IMG/VR virus record: IMGVR_UViG_3300047496_000236
Length of the DNA stretch: 64,000 nt
Reading direction: 5' to 3' (one strand)
DNA from: an uncultured virus (IMG/VR IMGVR_UViG_3300047496_000236)
Taxonomy: Duplodnaviria; Heunggongvirae; Uroviricota; Caudoviricetes
The number at the start of each line of letters is the position of its first letter. The first letter of the stretch is position 1. The notes under the pieces are model-generated. The model was not told the origin of the DNA and did not search any database. It saw nothing but the letters and a program-made list of their open reading frames with translations. This document shows, piece after piece, positions 28,471 to 38,300 of the stretch. The translations under genes and the position numbers were made by a program.

Positions 28471-29603
28471 TCCTGGGCGGCGTCCTTGGCGGCTTTGTCC
28501 TTGGAGGCCTTCTGCTTGGCCGCCTCCGCCTTGGCGTTGAGCTCGGCCCGGTAGGTCGCCGGGGTCAGCAGGGGAGCCCCCTTCTTGGGGGCCTCCTTGG
28601 CCACCTTGGGCGGCTTCGGGGCCTTGGGGGCCTTGGGGGCCTTCGGCGGCTTCGGAGCCTTCGGAGCCTTCGGCGGCTTCGCGGCCTTCGCCGCCTTGCC
28701 TTCGGTGGGCTCATCGTCCTCGCCGGCCACGAGGCGCTCGCCGGCTTCCAGCATGGCGGGGGCGCCATTGAGGAAGGCCATCAGGGCCGTCGAGGCCTGG
28801 CTGTAGACCTCGATGCGGGCCCGCTGGCTGCCACGGTCCTCGGCGGAGAGCAGGCTGTTGGCCAGATGGGTCTCCAGGGTCTCCACGAGGCCCACGAGGC
28901 CCCCGACGAGATCCGAGATGGCCCCCGCGGCCAGGACGCACTGATCCACCATCTTGGTGGCCCGCTTGTCGCTGTCGGACTCGAACTCCTTGATGGCGAT
29001 GACGGCCTCGGTGACGCGGTCCACGAGCTTCTCCGCGGCACCCGTGACCCCCTTCACGATCCCGATGGGGCTCTTCTCGGGTCCGGTACCCGGACGGCTT
29101 CCGGCGCCCTGGTTGGACTGGGTGCCGCCTGCGGCGGGGGCCTCCGGAGGGGCCTCCTTGGCGACGATGTCCTTGAATTCACGGGTCCCGATGGGTTCAT
29201 CGGATCCGGCGCCGCCGTGGGCGATCAGGAGCTGCATGCGCCGGCTCTCATCGGGGATGCTGGAAGCCGCGACCAGGTTGCCGTAGTAGACGCCAGCGGC
29301 GACGAGATCCGAGATCTGCTCCTTGGTGTACTTCTTGAAGACCCCGTGGGCCTTGTAGAGCGAGCTGACGCCCTGATGGCTCAGCTTCGCGATGCGCTCG
29401 ATGGCGCTGCCACCATAGAGGGCCCCGGCGCCGCCGGTCTGGTCCAGGATGACGGCCTCGATGACTTCACCGACGCTCCACCAGTGCTCCAGCATGGAGC
29501 CCACGGAGGTCCGGATCTTGGCGGCGATGGCGATGCAGCGGTCGAGCTGCTCTTCGGTGGCGACGTCGACGACGTCATTGGGGGTCGAATTGGATTCGTT
29601 CAT
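28467..29603 (-). CDS. DUF1016_N-like DNA-binding protein with histone-H1-like (PKA)n tail
   Basis: HWWSVGEVI...YGGSAIERIAKL...SLYK; C-terminal KPPKAPKAPK repeats. Confidence 0.6.
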   Translation of the reverse strand: MNESNSTPNDVVDVATEEQLDRCIAIAAKIRTSVGSMLEHWWSVGEVIEAVILDQTGGAGALYGGSAIERIAKLSHQGVSSLYKAHGVFKKYTKEQISDLVAAGVYYGNLVAASSIPDESRRMQLLIAHGGAGSDEPIGTREFKDIVAKEAPPEAPAAGGTQSNQGAGSRPGTGPEKSPIGIVKGVTGAAEKLVDRVTEAVIAIKEFESDSDKRATKMVDQCVLAAGAISDLVGGLVGLVETLETHLANSLLSAEDRGSQRARIEVYSQASTALMAFLNGAPAMLEAGERLVAGEDDEPTEGKAAKAAKPPKAPKAPKPPKAPKAPKAPKPPKVAKEAPKKGAPLLTPATYRAELNAKAEAAKQKASKDKAAKDAAQE

Positions 29604-29614
29604 AGTGGTATCCT

Positions 29615-30082
29615 TCAGTCCATTTCGCGGACATAGGGGGTGTTTTGGAGAGACAGGAAGGCGTGAGTCAGGAAGAAAGCGAGGACACCTCGATCCCGGA
29701 GGCATAGGAGATCCTCGGCGGTCCTCCGTTGGAGCTGAGTTAACTCGGGGATCCCGGCGATCTCGAGAAAGCTGGCACGCTCCTCTGCGGTCAGTACCCG
29801 CATGAAGATCACCGAGGACTGCGTGGTCTCCTCGATGGGAGCCGTGTTTGTACTCAGGAGCCCCAGGGTGAGCTGGAGTGCTGATGCGAGGCGCTCCGCC
29901 GGTGGAGTTCTAGCGAGGTCCTCAAAGAGGTCAAACGTTGGAATCGAGACCCGCGGAAGCAGCGCGTTCAGAAAGTCCTTGAGCTCGTCTAGGGTCGGGA
30001 CCCCTCCGTGGATGTAGGGCTTAGGCTTCCAGAATCCTGGCGTCGCGAAGACTCTCCGCGAGGTCCCCGTAGGTTGTGACAT
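29615..30082 (-). CDS. hypothetical protein
   Basis: AAGGAGG RBS. Confidence 0.6.
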   Translation of the reverse strand: MSQPTGTSRRVFATPGFWKPKPYIHGGVPTLDELKDFLNALLPRVSIPTFDLFEDLARTPPAERLASALQLTLGLLSTNTAPIEETTQSSVIFMRVLTAEERASFLEIAGIPELTQLQRRTAEDLLCLRDRGVLAFFLTHAFLSLQNTPYVREMD

Positions 30083-30497
30083 AGAGGGTCCTCCTTCGGA
30101 TCCGTGTGGTGAGGAAGGTCTGAGTCATGAGCATCACGGAATCCCCTATCACTAAGGTCGTGAAGCCCTGGGCTTTGAAGAAGAGGATCTGGGAGCGCCC
30201 CTCGTCGTCAGGGGGGAGCGCCTCGAAAGCCTGGTAGACCGGGCTCTTCGTGGGGGTCTCGAAGAGGCTCTGGACCGAGTAGCTATCGATCCTCGTGACG
30301 TGGATGTCGATGGGACACCCCGGGAAGTCCGCCTTGAACAGTGCCAAGTCGTAGCGCGCGTGCTTCTTGGCGGCCTTGATCTTGTCAGGGGGAGCCCCGA
30401 CGTCCTTCAAGAACCGCATCAGGGTGCTGTGCTCAAAGGAGGTCCGCTTGGCGGCCTCGATGTCCTCGGGCTTCGGAAGGAGGTCCCCGAGATCCAC
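30021..30497 (-). CDS. hypothetical protein
   Basis: Coupled ORF. Confidence 0.6.
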   Translation of the reverse strand: MDLGDLLPKPEDIEAAKRTSFEHSTLMRFLKDVGAPPDKIKAAKKHARYDLALFKADFPGCPIDIHVTRIDSYSVQSLFETPTKSPVYQAFEALPPDDEGRSQILFFKAQGFTTLVIGDSVMLMTQTFLTTRIRRRTLYVTTYGDLAESLRDARILEA

Positions 30498-30841
30498 TAG
30501 AGCTTCTCTTCGATGTAATTCGCGATCTCCCCGAAGCTCTTGCCTTGCTTGTCGTTCATATCGATCAGATCGGCTTCGTCATTGTAGCTGAGCTGGGCCC
30601 ACCTCGAGACGACCTCCGGCAGCGAGGACACCCTGCCGTCATAGGTCTGCAGTGATGCCCGGTCGTCCCACTGCACTGACGTCACGCGGGTCTCACCGTG
30701 GATCTCACAGAGAACCCCGAGACAGCAATGCTTCCTAGAGCCATCCGGGAGAACCTTGCAGAGATAGACGTCGCCCTGGGCGAAGTCCCCTGAACGGAGC
30801 GCCAGTGCCCACCGCGCCTTGACCTCGAGATTCATAGGCAT
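30497..30841 (-). CDS. CCLGVLCE family paralog 1
   Basis: W..ALRSG.F.QG...HCCLGVLCE...ND...SF.EIA..IE. Confidence 0.75.
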   Translation of the reverse strand: MPMNLEVKARWALALRSGDFAQGDVYLCKVLPDGSRKHCCLGVLCEIHGETRVTSVQWDDRASLQTYDGRVSSLPEVVSRWAQLSYNDEADLIDMNDKQGKSFGEIANYIEEKL

Positions 30842-31200
30842 CAGAGCTCTCCTTCGATGACGTCGGCAAGTTCGGCAAAGGATGACCCGGTGTCATTGAG
30901 ATCCGCCAGGTTGCGTTTCACTCCGGTGGCACTCGGTACCGCACCGGTTGAGTTTTCCAGCTCGGACCACTCCATGACCCGCAAGGGCAGCTGGTGCGTG
31001 GTGTTATCGTAGGCCACGGTGCTGATGCCTACGGCGAGCTCGATGGTCTTCTTGTTGCATTTGCCGTAGAGCTCACAGAGGACCCCGAGGCAGCAGAACT
31101 CGTGACCTTCGGGGGTCACCTTATGGAGACGTCCGCGGCCCTGCCGGAAGCGCCCACTGCGCAGGGCCTCCAGCCAGGCCTTCTTGATCCCCGCGTTCAC
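30841..31200 (-). CDS. CCLGVLCE family paralog 2
   Basis: Same motifs. Confidence 0.75.
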   Translation of the reverse strand: MNAGIKKAWLEALRSGRFRQGRGRLHKVTPEGHEFCCLGVLCELYGKCNKKTIELAVGISTVAYDNTTHQLPLRVMEWSELENSTGAVPSATGVKRNLADLNDTGSSFAELADVIEGEL

Positions 31201-31550
31201 AGCTTGGCTTCGATAGTATCCGCGATCTCCGCGAAGGAGGTCCCGCCGTCGTTCAGGCTAGCCAGGGTGTTGTCCTCCCCGGGGAGTTCCCCTGTGTTGG
31301 ACGAAAGCCCGGCCCAGGCCACCACCTTGGAGGGCAGGATGGCCTGTTGGTCCCCGTACCAGAGCGTGCCGCTGCGATCCGGGGGCCCCTTGCTGAGGTC
31401 TCCGCCTTGCTCGATGAAGAGCTCACAGAGGACCCCGAGGCAGCAATGCCGCGTGGCGTCCTTCGTGAGCTTGCAGAGCTGATGCTTGCCTTGGAGGAAG
31501 CGGGTACTGCGCAGGGCCTCCAGCCAAGCCGCTTTTACTTCGGGATTCAA
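31197..31550 (-). CDS. CCLGVLCE family paralog 3
   Basis: Same motifs. Confidence 0.75.
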   Translation of the reverse strand: MNPEVKAAWLEALRSTRFLQGKHQLCKLTKDATRHCCLGVLCELFIEQGGDLSKGPPDRSGTLWYGDQQAILPSKVVAWAGLSSNTGELPGEDNTLASLNDGGTSFAEIADTIEAKL

Positions 31551-31559
31551 ATGAGACCT

Positions 31560-31775
31560 TTACGCATGTAGGAGCCCTTTCATAGGGATGTGGTTGAAGG
31601 TGTGGACGTGGGTGCTGACATGGGGCTGACCTTGGACCCACCTGGTATGGGTGTGATCCACGGTCTTGCTGTGGGCAGGCTCTGAGGCGGGGCACCTATG
31701 GACGAAGGTGTGGTGATGGAAGTGATCCGGGAAGCAGAAGGTGTGCGTATGGATATACACGGCCTCGGGGGTCAT
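31560..31775 (-). CDS. small His-rich (HxH repeat) protein
   Basis: HTHTF, HFHHHTF, HTHT, HVHTF. Confidence 0.55.
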   Translation of the reverse strand: MTPEAVYIHTHTFCFPDHFHHHTFVHRCPASEPAHSKTVDHTHTRWVQGQPHVSTHVHTFNHIPMKGLLHA

Positions 31776-32238
31776 CGCGGCTTCTCCTCTTCGCCAAAGT
31801 CGGCTGGGGTCATCGGTCTGAAGCGCCCGGCGTCGATGGCGTCCAGAACGGACAGGATATCCCCAGCGAACTCCTCAGGGGAGCACCTGGGGTTGTCCAT
31901 GCAGGTCAGCTTGATGTCGACGAGACCGCGCGCCTTGGCCTGCTCGAACCAGGCCTTGAGGCGATCCATGTTCGGAGTCGGCCGCTCTCCCACGCTCTTC
32001 GCTACCGCTACCGCGTCGGCAAAGTTCCACCCTGAGATCGATTCCCCACACTTGAAGCACCGCAAACTGTCCCCCTTATGAAGGAGAGGGCATTCCACTG
32101 AGGAGTCCGGATCCGGTTCATCGACCCAGAAGTCGTCGACGGTGGCCCCGCAGCAGGGGCACTTCCAGTCCTCATCAGAGACCTGGAAGGTCGTGTGCTT
32201 CGCGAGGCAGTAGACCTCAGCCTTCTTGGCTGTCGTCA
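31772..32238 (-). CDS. Zn-finger hypothetical protein
   Basis: CPCC, CPLLH, CFKC. Confidence 0.55.
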
Positions 32239-33728
32239 TCTGGCCCGCCCTCCCCGTCCTCGGGTTCATCGCCCTTCTTGCCCTTCTTCCCCTTCTTCAC
32301 CTTCTTGACGTAATCCGCCATGATGTCCCGGGCGTACTCTTGGTATGTCCGGTATGACGTGATGCAGAGGAAGACCTTGACGGTCTCGGTGAGCTCGGGA
32401 TCCCCGACGATGCGGGCCCCGATGTCAGCGTAGGAGCGGGGCTCCGAATCTCCGAAGAGATCTTTGGACTTCATGAAGTCGTTGTTGCATCCACTCTTCG
32501 AGAGCGGCATGAACTTCGAGAATTCCTTGGCCTCCAGGGCCGGCAGGGCCCCTCCGAAGAGAAGGTCGTGCATCAGACCTCCCAGGATGTGATTCCAGTC
32601 GAACCAGGTGTGCTGGTAGCGCAGGAGTTTCAGGAGGGGCTTCCGGCACATCTCGACGACGGGCTCCGCTGGGCCATCCTCGGCCTTCTTGGCGCCTTTC
32701 TTTGGGACCTCCACTGGCTTTGGCAAGAGATCCAAGGTGGCGAGGTAGATATCACAGAACTTGGGATCCATGATACCTTGGGAGGCATCAAAGATCTCCT
32801 TGGCCTGCGTCTTGGGGATCAGGGCCTCACCATCGAACTGGAGTTTGTCGTCGTCATCGAACTGGGGCGTGTCGACCCAGACGTACTCCCAGCGCACGCG
32901 GAGGTCCAGAGTGCGCGCGTCGGGGCCGAGACCGCTCTTCGCCATCCACATCGTGACATCCTTGCCGAGGAGATTGGCGGCCTCGATCTCTTTGGCCTTC
33001 TCCATGCGGTAGTGGATCGTGGCGTAGAACCGAGGGGCGTCGCCGCCGGCAGCCTTCATACGGTCCACCTTGAGAGCGTACTGATCCTGGTTCTTCTTGG
33101 CGTGCTGGACGTGAGCCAGCATGAACATGGAACCCTCGAAAGTGACGCCCTTGTAGAACTTCGAGATGCTCATGGCCTGCGTGGAGAACGAGCGCGCCTG
33201 GGCGGAGCCCTCCTTCTTCAGCTTGTCCATGTCGCCCTCGGTGTCCTTGCCGGTCAGGGAATCGTGGATCACCATCAGGGGGACCTGCTGATCCTTGGGA
33301 AGCGTGGCGTGGATCTCCTGCGACTTGTCGAGGAGGTGTCGGATGATCTTTTGGGCCTCGTCCAGGCTATCCGCCTTGATGTGTCGGAAGCGGCGCCGGA
33401 TCTCCAAGGGGAGATCCATCAACATGGAGACCGTCATGGTGGAGCTCTGCTTGTGCTCCGTATCCACCAAGAACACGACTCCCCCGGCGATGAGGACCCA
33501 GCGGGCCTCCTCCAGGGTGAAGGCGCTCTTATAGTGCCCAGGGGGCCCATCGCCGCCAAAGATGCGACCACAGGGGAGCACATCGCAGCCGCCGTTGACA
33601 TAGGCGAACGCTAGGGGGCACTTGACCCCATAAATCTGGTCGTAGAGCCCCTCTTGGGACACCGCCTTGCCTGCGCCGAACTTCTTGTCGACGGAGATCA
33701 TCAGGTTAGCCATAAGTTCATCGATCAC
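32217..33728 (-). CDS. recA: RecA/UvsX-like recombinase
   Basis: VDKKFGAG, GPPGHYKS Walker A, VDTEH, HDSL, GGDAPRFYA; long C-terminal insertion. Confidence 0.8.
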   Translation of the reverse strand: MIDELMANLMISVDKKFGAGKAVSQEGLYDQIYGVKCPLAFAYVNGGCDVLPCGRIFGGDGPPGHYKSAFTLEEARWVLIAGGVVFLVDTEHKQSSTMTVSMLMDLPLEIRRRFRHIKADSLDEAQKIIRHLLDKSQEIHATLPKDQQVPLMVIHDSLTGKDTEGDMDKLKKEGSAQARSFSTQAMSISKFYKGVTFEGSMFMLAHVQHAKKNQDQYALKVDRMKAAGGDAPRFYATIHYRMEKAKEIEAANLLGKDVTMWMAKSGLGPDARTLDLRVRWEYVWVDTPQFDDDDKLQFDGEALIPKTQAKEIFDASQGIMDPKFCDIYLATLDLLPKPVEVPKKGAKKAEDGPAEPVVEMCRKPLLKLLRYQHTWFDWNHILGGLMHDLLFGGALPALEAKEFSKFMPLSKSGCNNDFMKSKDLFGDSEPRSYADIGARIVGDPELTETVKVFLCITSYRTYQEYARDIMADYVKKVKKGKKGKKGDEPEDGEGGPDDDSQEG

Positions 33729-33936
33729 GGTAGTCCTCCGGGATTTGGGTGAGGCAGAAGTTGAGGGCTCGGATGCCCTTGTTGAGGTCATCGACCAGGC
33801 CGTGCCTGGCGGGGAGGCTAGGGGCAACGGGGCTGCCATCGAACTCCAAGACGAAGCGGCCATAGCTCGTCACGACAACGAGTTGGCCTTTCGCGTTGAT
33901 CTCGATGGGACTCAGGATGCCATGGGTAGGTTTCAT
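33718..33936 (-). CDS. hypothetical protein
   Basis: Coupled to recA. Confidence 0.5.
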   Translation of the reverse strand: MKPTHGILSPIEINAKGQLVVVTSYGRFVLEFDGSPVAPSLPARHGLVDDLNKGIRALNFCLTQIPEDYRDR

Positions 33937-33941
33937 TGGTC

Positions 33942-33959
33942 TTTCTCCGCGCGGAGAAA
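33942..33959. repeat. 18-bp palindrome family copy 4
   Basis: tttctccgcgcggagaaa, intergenic, next to a hairpin at 33962-33984. Confidence 0.9.
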
Positions 33960-33997
33960 TACCCCGCTGGGGTCACCAGCGGGGCATCTCGGTTTCA

Positions 33998-35329
33998 TCA
34001 GAACGGCGGCTTGCCGGGGGTCGTCGCGGCGCCACCGGGGAGCTGGGCCGCGAGCTGCTTGGCGAAGGAGTCCGCGGCGGCAGCCACGGTGGGATTCGCC
34101 GCAGCCGGGTTCACGGGTCCTGGAGCCCCCGCGGTATTGGGCTGCGCGGGTCCGGCCTCCGGAGCGGGGTTACCGAAGCCCTGGGGAGCCGTGACCTGCG
34201 GGGTGTAACCCGGGGGCGTCGGCGGGGTGAAACCCTGGGGAAGCGAGCTCACGAGCCCGCTGGGTCCGGCTTGGGGACCTCCGGTGGCGGGCTGCTGGGC
34301 GGGCTGCTGGGCGGGCTGCTGGGCGAACTGGGGACCCCCCGTGGCGGGTGCGGGGAGCTGAGGGGTCCCTCCGGGAGCCGCGGGGTTATTGGGGAACTGC
34401 GGGGCCGAGAAGCCCTGGTTGCCCTGCTGGGCGGCCTGCTGCTGGGGTTGCGTCTGGGGCGCCGGGGCCTTCATGGTGAGGCCGAGGACTTGGCAGATCT
34501 GGGCGTTGTGAGTCAGCGCCGGGATGTCCTCGAGCGGGGGGAGCTCGTCGATTTCCGCGGCCCACTTGGCGGCCTGATCCTTGTCCTCGAGGGCGTTCCA
34601 CTGCGCCGAGAGATCCACGATGTAGGGCGGACGATCCAGCTTGGAGCTGTCGTACCAGACCTGGACGGATTCGTACTGCGGCATGCCGCCGTTCATGGTG
34701 AGGTTCAGATCGAGGAGGAACGCCGCCCCGGGGCTGAAGGGCCACTGGAAGGGCGTGTTCGTCGCGGCGGCCTTGGCCTTGGCGTAGTTCACGGCCTCGA
34801 GCAGGGCGTTGTAGATCATGACGTAGAGCGGGGTCTTCTGCTCCGCCTTGGAGCCCTGGCGACGGTCCGGGGCCCGGAGCATCATGACTCCCGAGTAGAT
34901 CCCCCCCTTCAGGACGACCACGTTCAGGACGCGACGGTTGTCGCCGCCGGCCTTGAAGCTCTTGTAGATGTCCTCCCAGAACGCCTTGTTGGCGCTGAAG
35001 GATTCGTAGAGCTTCCAGTACGCCTTGGTGACTGCGTTGTCCTTGGCAGCACGGAAGTTCCGGAGGTTCTTCGCGTTGGCGGTCTGGATCGCGACGTTGA
35101 TGTAGGGCTTCCCGGCCTGGTAGGCCCCCGGATCCTTGCTGAGGATCTCGAGCCAGTCCTTCGAGGACGGCATCACGAAGAAGTAGTTGTGGCCCGGGAC
35201 GAAGTCGAAGCCCTGAGGGGCTCTCCGGGACGTCGGCATCTCGATGAAGCGCTCGTCACGCTGGGGGGCGCCGGCATCGCTGCCGCCGAAGGCCGCGGGG
35301 GCCTGCTGCTGTTGATTGGGGTCATTCAT
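33998..35329 (-). CDS. putative single-stranded DNA-binding protein
   Basis: Located between the polymerase and recA; aromatic-rich core, long Q/P/A/G tail ending in PF. Confidence 0.5.
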   Translation of the reverse strand: MNDPNQQQQAPAAFGGSDAGAPQRDERFIEMPTSRRAPQGFDFVPGHNYFFVMPSSKDWLEILSKDPGAYQAGKPYINVAIQTANAKNLRNFRAAKDNAVTKAYWKLYESFSANKAFWEDIYKSFKAGGDNRRVLNVVVLKGGIYSGVMMLRAPDRRQGSKAEQKTPLYVMIYNALLEAVNYAKAKAAATNTPFQWPFSPGAAFLLDLNLTMNGGMPQYESVQVWYDSSKLDRPPYIVDLSAQWNALEDKDQAAKWAAEIDELPPLEDIPALTHNAQICQVLGLTMKAPAPQTQPQQQAAQQGNQGFSAPQFPNNPAAPGGTPQLPAPATGGPQFAQQPAQQPAQQPATGGPQAGPSGLVSSLPQGFTPPTPPGYTPQVTAPQGFGNPAPEAGPAQPNTAGAPGPVNPAAANPTVAAAADSFAKQLAAQLPGGAATTPGKPPF

Positions 35330-35361
35330 GGTGTGGTTTCCTTGGTGAGGGTTGGTGTGAG

Positions 35362-38300
35362 TCAGGATGCGGTCTTGTAGGGCCAAGGGATGCCTTCGCC
35401 CCAACGGTCCCCCACGTCGATGTCGACCTTCAGGGTACCATAGCCGGGGATTTCAACGGATTCCATGCACCACTGCAGGATCCCTGCAGTGATCTCGGCA
35501 TAAGGCTCAGGAGTCAAAAGCTGGATGGCATCGTGCACGGCGAGGCAGTACTGCCAACCAATAGTACGTCCGACATCGGTGTCGTACCGGAACTGGTCCA
35601 GAAGCACCGAGGCCTTGTCGAGCATGATGGCGACGGTTCCCTGAATCTTGGAGTTACCGCCTTCGCGCTTCATCTTGGCCTGCATCGTGGAGCCGACCCG
35701 GTTGAAGCCAGGGAAGTACCGCCGGGACCCAAAGGGGGTCTCGACGTAGCCGAGGTGTTCGACGTCCCAGGCGCAGCGATCCAGGAGTTCCTTGATGCCG
35801 GGGTACATATTGAAGAAGCCGTCGATGATGGCCTTGGCCTCTTCCTGGGAGACGTGACGCTTGAACTCGAGCGAGAGCGCATCGGCCAGCCCGGAGGCCC
35901 CGAGCCCATAGATGCACCCGAAGACCACCGCCTTGATGGCGAAGCGTTGCTGCGGGAACTTCTTCTTCACGTCCTTCACGGCGCAGTCCAGCTTGAAGAT
36001 CTGAACCGCGTTGTAGGCGTGCATGTCGGGTTCGGTGGCCAGGATGTGCAGGAAGGTCTTGTCCCCGCTGAGGTAGCCCACGACCCAGAGCTCTGCGGAC
36101 TTCCAGTCCGCATCCACGATCTTCCACAGCGTTGGGGCTATGAAGATCGAGCGCACCTTCGGGATCTTGAGGGTCTTCTTGCCGTCCTTGACCGTCATGG
36201 CGCCATCGTCGATGCCGAGGATGAGTTCCTCGTCGTCTTCAGTCATATGGGCCGCGAAGATGGCCTGGATGATCTCTTCCTTGGTCTTCGGCATCTGAGC
36301 CAAATTCGGCTTCTTATGCCGCCACCGGTGGGTCTCCGCCAACGTAGAGATCGAGGTCTTAATGCGACCATCGCTCTGGATGCAGCCCAGGAGGCCCTTG
36401 CCGTAGACGGCGTGCTCGGGACCACTGAGGTCGTCATGGACGGGGGCCTTCATGAAGTTCGTCACGAACTGCTTCATGTCCTTGAGCTCCACGAAGGAGC
36501 GCAGGAGTACCCGGGTCTCGTCGGAGATATCCTTGGAGGTCAAGATGCTCTTCAGCGCCTTGCCTTCGCAGCTCGGCTTGTGGAAGTTCTGCTCGCCCTT
36601 GATGACGATGTCTTCCCAGTTCAGCCCGAACTTGCCGGTCTCCCATGGGGGTGTCAGGCCCAAGGCGGTAGCCCCTGGTGGACGGGCCCGCTCGCATTTC
36701 TCGGAGTCCTTGTACGGCGGTGCGTAGAGCAACCCGGGGACGTGGTGAGGGCTGTTCAGGTTGAAGGCGGCGGTGTCATCGCTGCCCTCCCAGTTGATCA
36801 CCTTCCGGAAGTCCTCGAGGAGCTCGTCGTACTTGCGGTGATAGAGCCTGGAGAGCTCGAAGGCGCGGTCCTGATCCACCACGAAGCCGGTGCTCTCGAT
36901 GTCCATGATTGGGCTGTTCAGAGGCAGCAGGGTGCCGTAGTACAACTCCTTGATCTTCTCCATCCCTGGGGCCTCCAGGCGCTCCTTGAAGATCGGGATC
37001 AGTCTCCAGGTCGCATCGACGTCGCAGCACGCGTACGGCAGCAGGAACCTGTAGCAGATATCCCGGTAGCCGTGGAAGAAGCGGTCCTCTTTGCCGGCTG
37101 GCATCAGTTTGCCTTTGCCGGCGTTGAGGCGGACCCAGTCCTGCATCGGGGCGTCATAGGCCCCCATGTCGGTGTAGCGCAAGGTCAACTGCTTCAGGCC
37201 GTACTCATCCTTCTCGAGGACGTGGTAGGCCTGCATGGTGCAGAAGATCTTGGGGATGAGTTCCCGGATGGGATACCCGAACTCATCCCGGAGCTGCTTG
37301 AGGTCCCCGCGGATCGCGTGACCCCCGATGGTGCCGGCAGCCTTGAGAAGCTCCCAGATCAGGGGTCCGAGCTCACCCCAGAATGAAACCCTGTCATTCC
37401 GGCTCTTCCGGTCCACCCCTGAACCGCCGAAGGCGGGGAGCTCTACGGTATGAGCGGGCTCCGTCTTGGTGGCCCGGACCTCCACGGCGATCATGGGCTC
37501 CGGGCGCTCCACCAGGAACGGTATGACCCTGGCATGCCCCTTGCCATGGGACCACTGGAAGGACACCAGGTAGGTGTCATCTGGGCGTCCGTTATCGTTG
37601 CCCGTTTCGACGTCTACGGTAATGACCTGGGGTCCCCGAGCGATCTCGGCGGCGATCTCAGCCCGGACCTCCTCTGGGGTCCACAGGATCTTGTAGTCGC
37701 GATCCGGATACTCCGTGCCGCTGATGACGGGGACCCCCTCGGGGTTGATGAGGCCTCTGACGGTGATGAGCTGCTTGACGAAGGCTCCGACCCCCGCGGT
37801 GTTCGCCAGGAAGTTGAAGTGGCTCTGGACTGCCAGTGCGGGGCAGTGCCAAGTCTCGGTCTGGAACTGGAAGGGGCGCCCTCGGTAGCTCTCCATGGAT
37901 GCCGAGGCGCCCTGGGAGAGCTGGAGAACCTCGGTTCCCAGGAGACAGATCACCGCCGGGCGGAGGATCTGAACCTCTTCCTTGAGGAGTTCCCATCCCG
38001 GACGCAGCCAGCCCTTTTTATAGGTCGAGGCGTTGAGCGGGCGGGGGAATCTCAGCACGGTGCTGAAGTAGCAGTCCTGGAGATCGAAGCCGGCGTGCTC
38101 CACGGCTTCCAGCAGGACCGCCGAGGGTCCCACGTCACCCCCAGAGAAGTGGGATCCCCTGGAGTGATCGTCGAAGGCGGGGGCCACCGCCACGAACATG
38201 TAGCGGCAGCCCTTGCCGTGGGGCCCCGTTTGGGCCCCGAAGGGCCCCGCGTGGGCCATGACCTGACCCGGCATGTAGAACTGGAGATCCGGGAGATCCG

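Noticed and set aside
35533..37386. Long plus-strand ORFs (also 32568-33614, 33896-35380, 44990-46348, 49559-51010, 51517-52767)
   Set aside because: Antisense shadows of GC3-biased minus-strand genes; no recognisable motifs
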